From: Cladosporium halotolerans
Taxonomy: Eukaryota
Reading direction: 5' to 3'
NCBI RefSeq assembly: GCF_011745625.1
Contig: NW_027191454.1
Coordinates: 620,001 to 684,000 of the forward strand
Length of the DNA stretch: 64,000 bases
How positions within the stretch are numbered: position 1 is the first letter of the stretch; every line of letters begins with the position of its first letter. Below are positions 60,101-64,000 of the stretch, one piece after another. A program made the position numbers and the translations under genes. The notes beneath the pieces were generated by a model. That model had not been told where the DNA came from. It was given only the letters and a program-made list of their open reading frames with translations, and searched no databases.

Positions 60101-61063
60101 AGGCTGAATGTCACCTCTGCTACCAATGACCATGATGACGATATTCAACCGCGGCCGCGAGGCAGTCGGCCGCAACGCAGACGCGACAGATTCCGCGTGC
60201 GACACGATGCGCTCGGCGGATGGAAGTTGCTCCTCCTTGACTTTCCTCTCATGGTCCTGACTAGGTCGCTTCCGGCCGTGTCGAGACGGGACGTCCAAGT
60301 GGTGCCGAAGTGTCTTGCCCAATGCTTTCGCGATGTAGCCGCTGTTCTCAGTCTCGTTGATAGAGATGCTCAACCTTCCGTCATTCTTCGAAACCCGTCC
60401 CTTCGTCTTCATATACGGATTGCTGAGCTTGAATCGCGAGTACGATTTCCCAGCCTTCGCGTCCGCCTTCCTCTGCTGCTCCGACCCGTCACCTTCAGCC
60501 TTCTGTTCCCCCTTCTCCTCCTTCGGCGCCTTGCGCTTCTTCGCCGGCCCATCGTCCTCCTCGGACTCGCTCGACGACTCGCTGTCCGACGACATCGGAT
60601 CGAACGTGTAGGGGTACGAATTCGTCCGCTTGCTGTGCAGCTGCGTGTACGTCGCCGTCCGCCTGAGCCCGTTCATGAGCGTGCTGCTGCGCTTCGCCGG
60701 CGGCGGCCTCTCAGTCTTATTCCTCGAGATCCCTCTGCGGATCTCAGGCCGCCCGGTTGACTCCGCAGGAAGACTGCCCTTCCTCTCCAACCCACCTTCC
60801 TTCTCCTCCTCCTCCTTCTTCCGGCCCATAGGCTCCGACGCGCTCTTCCGTATCCGCTGCATGGGCGCATCTTCTTCTTCTTCTTCTTCTTCTTCTTCCC
60901 TGCTTTCTCGCCGGCTCTCTTCGACCGCCTCCGTCCCGCGTTCTTCTAGCAATGGCTGCTGCGTCACTCGCTCCGGCGCGTTACCCCTCCAGTAAGTCAT
61001 CGTCGCATCGTTGACTCCCTCGCGCGCAGCAGCGGCGTGCTGCTCGTCGCCATGTCCGCCCAT
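57107..61063 (-). CDS. Sterol 3-beta-glucosyltransferase-like GT1 enzyme (Glyco_transf_28 + UDPGT); no PH/GRAM domains recognised
   Basis: IVIMVIGSRGDIQPF, HRVRIATH, IIANPPS, PVYVGFGSI, PHDWLF, VVHHGGAGTT, PFFGDQPFWG. First in-frame ATG at 61063. Confidence 0.92.
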   Translation of the reverse strand: MGGHGDEQHAAAAREGVNDATMTYWRGNAPERVTQQPLLEERGTEAVEESRRESREEEEEEEEEDAPMQRIRKSASEPMGRKKEEEEKEGGLERKGSLPAESTGRPEIRRGISRNKTERPPPAKRSSTLMNGLRRTATYTQLHSKRTNSYPYTFDPMSSDSESSSESEEDDGPAKKRKAPKEEKGEQKAEGDGSEQQRKADAKAGKSYSRFKLSNPYMKTKGRVSKNDGRLSISINETENSGYIAKALGKTLRHHLDVPSRHGRKRPSQDHERKVKEEQLPSAERIVSHAESVASALRPTASRPRLNIVIMVIGSRGDIQPFLRIGKVLKEQNNHRVRIATHPAFRDFVSESGLEFFSVGGNPSELMAFMVKNPGLIPNMSTVMQGEIGRRREQMAEMFEGFWRACVNSTDEENDTKNLDLMNSKNPFIADAIIANPPSFAHVHIAERLGIPLHMMFTFPYSPTQAFPHPLANIKPQKSNVSESYVNFMSYPLVEMMTFQGLGDLVNNFREKTLGLEPVSQIWAPGALYRMKVPYTYLWSPSLVPKPKDWGPEIDIGGFVFLELASTYKPPQDLQDFLDAGEPPVYVGFGSIVVDDPDRFTQMIFKAVEMAGVRALVNKGWGGLGGEGNATPDNVYMLGNTPHDWLFPRVKAVVHHGGAGTTAMGLKCGKPTMIVPFFGDQPFWGSMTADAKAGAHECIPYKKLTAERLAEGIKQCLTEESQKNVQQISDSIAREGDGAENAVRSFHRSLPVVGPRNMRCSILEDRAAVWKLRNSSLRLSALAAQILVENEKLKWTDLKILRHYEWNDFDGPGEPITGTGSALTSSLFDIGEGVGMVPVRIAKHVRKREEHERRKAEIAKRKEEKKAKKAAQGASKTNLAEEPAQPPAAPEAPRSYEDNGGRRPQAHRDGTNTTFDSTISADPEGTVAQEVAEDIGRGFKSSGAALLTMPMDLHLAIAQGFHNAPRLWGDTTVRKPMRITGIKTGWTAARREFGYGLYDGWTGLFTQPAHGWRDEVRAPAKLAGLGVGFAKGLGGCALKTVSAFVAPPAYLAAGVRKYASKRMGGPGANAFIRRAHMVQGFKDSRELGAESGADPERPQLRDVEREVFDGWRVYEELWDEVAALQLEHGGGPVARLRLAREKKRWARIGALESVRTAREALKAYREEQDVDALFSEKRRETAVAELPRAPAMARVQSGDDARVLTNGRRVSEVREGTLEAVKEAEDGEGEARGERVLGHEARRDSEETAVPSDSNDADDERRKRHAHEERKASKAGKTEDYFSHAGQARGKMADDEAFKKVGAPERLDMAMSNGVATA
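60870..60898 (-). repeat. (GAA)~9 microsatellite encoding poly-Glu in the glucosyltransferase N-terminus
   Basis: tcttcttcttc... run on the + strand; EEEEEEEEED in the translation. Confidence 0.9.
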
Positions 61064-62550
61064 CTGCGCCTGCGCCCGCGCCGAGCCCCGGCGCCTCGCG
61101 TCGTCCAAGTTTCTCAAGCCGGTCGATGCACCCCGGATCCGATTGCGTGTGCCAACCGCGTTCCGAGCAGGGGTCACAGACTCGAAACACCCAACGCAGC
61201 CAGTAAGAGCGAGAGCCTCCAGTCTCCCAAGCCTCGCGGAATCAAGGAAGTCGTTCACAGCAGCTAGCGATTTCACACAGACAGCTCGCAGGTACGGCAG
61301 CAGCGAAACAGGGAGGATAGATGCCGCCCAAAGAGCCGCTTGCTGAGCTAGCCGTCGCCTTTGGAAACGCGGAGCTAAAGAAAAACGCCCGATGCAAGTG
61401 ACGTGCTGCACTACTAGCTACTGCCGTTGCGGTCCAGCGCATCTGGTCCTTCCTCCCTTCCCCAAGACGCCGCGAGCCTAGGCTTGCCGACGAAGCCGGG
61501 CGGCGATGTGAAATTCGCGGATGCGCGCGTTAGGATCCGGCGCGTGCCTGTGCCGTGCTGTGCCCTTCACGATGACTTCATCTCAGGGCCTAGCTGGCGG
61601 GCCGCGGCGATCATCAGTGGATTATTGATCGATTTGAGTGAGTCTGTGAGCGGAGGGAATGGGCGGACGCGGACGTGGCATGATGGTGTTGGACGCGACG
61701 AGTGGTCTTTGATATGCTGCTTACGAGACGACTTCCGCATGATTACAGACGCGCTGACTGCCATGTGACATGTAGCGCTCAGAAGCCTGAAGCGCGATGT
61801 GCCGGCTCGAAGGACTCGATCATCATTACCCTGGGTTTCCCAAGGTTGACGTTCTGGTCGCGGAAGCCGGCGGCTCGCTCCCGCAATTTCCCCTGGCCGC
61901 TTCCAGCTCTTGGGCCTGAGATTTTCGGCCGCAGGCCGACCGAGCTTGCTGCTGAGGCGCGGAGCTGGCTGGCTCGTCCAGGTCCTGTCGCCCGGTCTGT
62001 TGGTAAGCCGGATCGAGTCGTGGTCATGATGCCGCGCTAGCGGTATGCGCTGGTGAGTGTCTGGATAGTCATTTTCTTGTACGGAGACACACGCCATGGC
62101 TACACTGCAGCTGCCCGAAGACAGCGAGACAAGTCCCGCGCGCGCAAACAATCTCTCGAACGTGTCTCGAGCCAAAACGCGATTGCGATGAGATGGAATT
62201 CAAAACGTCGCTCATGTTTGTTGACAGTCATACACATTAAGGTATCTGAACTCTAGTGCGCGATCCAAAACGAAAAAACAGGAAAAAAATGGCTGCGACG
62301 AATATCACCGCGCCAAAAGCAACGCCCATTCCAGCCGAAAAAAGGTCCGCTGAACGTGCCGTGATATCGTGTACCAGATACAAAGAAAGGTCCAGAGACT
62401 TTGATACGAAAAAAGGTCCGCGCCGCCCTCCGTCGTCATGACGTTACAGCGTGACAGTCGATGCGCGCGCGCATGCTTCGGCGTAGTCGCGAAAGCCACG
62501 GGTGGCGTGCGACTGGTGTAGCTTTGCAAAGCTCGCCCAATGCAATGCTC

Positions 62551-63181
62551 TTACACCTGGCTCATAGCCGGGCCGCTGCGGCGGATGCCACCGGGGCGGA
62601 CGTTGGCGCCGCCGCGGGTAGCGAGGCCGCTCATGACGGTGGAGGCGAGGAAAGCGGCGAAGGCGAACCAGAAGAAGGCGGTGGAGGCCTGGGCCTCACG
62701 GCAGCGGGAGCCGGAGCCGCGGGTGATGATGTTGCTGTCGAGGTAGTCCTGCCAATATTGTTAGTGAATGTTCCGCGGCGCATACTTTGCCAGGAACGAA
62801 TGCTTACCTGGTTGCTGCAGCTGTGCACGTTCAGGTATGCGGCAGTGGCGATACCGGCGATAAGGGTGAAGATGGTGCAGAGGATGTCGAGGGTCAGAGG
62901 GAAGGCAGGGTGGATGGTGAACGACTCCTTGACCGAGACGAGAATGAGGTAGAAGAGCGACAGCATGCAGAAGACGGCCACGAACATGTCGTAGTTGATG
63001 ACGGAGGGACCGCTGCTGATGGCGAGCATGTTACCGATGAGGGCCATGCAGAGGAGGATCCAGAGGAACTGTAGCATGGTCGTTAGCCGCTGCGCCTGGT
63101 GTTTTGGCATGCGCATTCAGATGCGCCTGCGCGCTCGTCGCGTACCTGGAGTCCTCGCAGACCGACTTGGACGATGGACAT
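62551..63181 (-). CDS. NCE102: MARVEL-domain eisosome/MCC protein Nce102; introns 63069-63145 and 62749-62807
   Basis: Spliced product MSIVQVGLRGLQ|FLWILLCMALIGNM..PSVINYDMFVAVF..VHSCSNQ|DYLDSNIITRGSGSRCREAQASTAFFWF..RRSGPAMSQV*. Confidence 0.93.
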
Positions 63182-64000
63182 TGTGGCGGAGTGTGTGAGG
63201 TATGCTCGGTGTAGCGAAGCTGCAATATGAGTACTCGACTGTAATGTCGCGAGTGAGGTCGTTGTCGCTGTTTGGTGGATGCGAATGGAGGAACGCAGGA
63301 CAGGCGCCGTGTGATGCGACTCCGCAGGCCTTATTACGAGCTATGGGCAGGCGCGACTGCCTACGACGTCACCTCCGGCGCGAGCCAAGTCAAAGCAAAG
63401 TCTAACTCGTATGACGGCACCGACACCACCCAAATGCCAACCGCTCCACCCGTGAGCCGCGCGCTGCTGCTGCGGTGCGCCAGGCGATGCCGCCATGGGC
63501 TCGTCTGGGCTCCGCGATGATAGCATCGAGCGCAACTGCGCCAATGATCCTTCCAAGCAAGCACGGCAAGCTGCTCTCTCACTTGAGCCTCGTTGTTGTG
63601 GCGTTCGGATCATCTGCTAGCCTGACGCCCACCCTGCTACCGCGGTAGCATCCTGCTGTAAGGCTGCTGTGGCGCATCACTTGCCGCATCCCTACGCGAC
63701 CATTTGCTCATGCTGTGGCGAACACATACGCTTTCACTTCAGCACCTTCTCTCTGGTCCTCTAGCGATACAGTCCGAGACACTCCCGCTCCATCCACTGC
63801 TGTCTGTGCCAGAACGAAAATCTCGAATGATCTTTCGCGACAAAGGCGCGCGGGCCATCTCAGGCTCCGGCTAGGCCGGCGATCAAGCTTCCGCACAGAC
63901 ACGCGATCGCAGTCCGCTCGCTCGACATCGGGGGAGGAAGTGTGCTTGGGTACATCATCGCCCATAACACCTGGGGAATCCTCAGTCGATCGCCGCGACC

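Noticed and set aside
1..64000. Transposons, RIP-degraded repeats, telomeric arrays, CRISPR arrays, TGA-CTA readthrough PTS1 extensions
   Set aside because: No transposase/RT motifs, LTR/TIR pairs, long AT-rich blocks, TTAGGG arrays or spaced repeats were seen. The stop-codon contexts I checked lack the TGA CTA readthrough motif.

Overview
This is eukaryotic DNA from a filamentous ascomycete. The gene set, short GT-AG introns with CTRAC/CTAAC branch sites and C-ending codon bias suggest a Dothideomycete such as Mycosphaerellales/Capnodiales (inference). The window is a gene-dense, core-looking segment with about 26 protein-coding genes, whose intron structures I reconstructed by hand. Housekeeping and signalling genes: eIF4A (5'-truncated), alanyl-tRNA synthetase, a Kic1/Nak1-like Ste20 kinase, Coq11, a TALE homeobox factor, a DHHC palmitoyltransferase, Mdm34, an Ecm15-like protein, Ipk1, an AhpC/TSA-like protein and Nce102. 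Enzymes and secreted or membrane proteins: a CBM1-GH45/expansin-like protein, a peroxisomal 2-hydroxy-acid oxidase, an SDR, an FSH1 hydrolase, a PLC-like phosphodiesterase, a GH30 xylanase, an RTA1 protein, a Cys-rich single-pass membrane protein, GH76, an epoxide hydrolase and a sterol glucosyltransferase-like GT. Several hypothetical genes are also present. I could not support any tRNA, rRNA, transposon, CRISPR or PKS/NRPS backbone gene, and I found no clearly novel multi-gene system. The best leads are a hidden spliced 69-aa Cys/His microprotein missed by the ORF track, two probable GC-AG introns (one opening a ~157-aa N-terminal extension on the kinase), a GH45/expansin-like protein with altered catalytic motifs, recurring C-rich to G-rich skew-flip islands, and a large GC-rich gene-free zone around the homeobox gene. 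All calls come from motif recognition only; no database searches were run.
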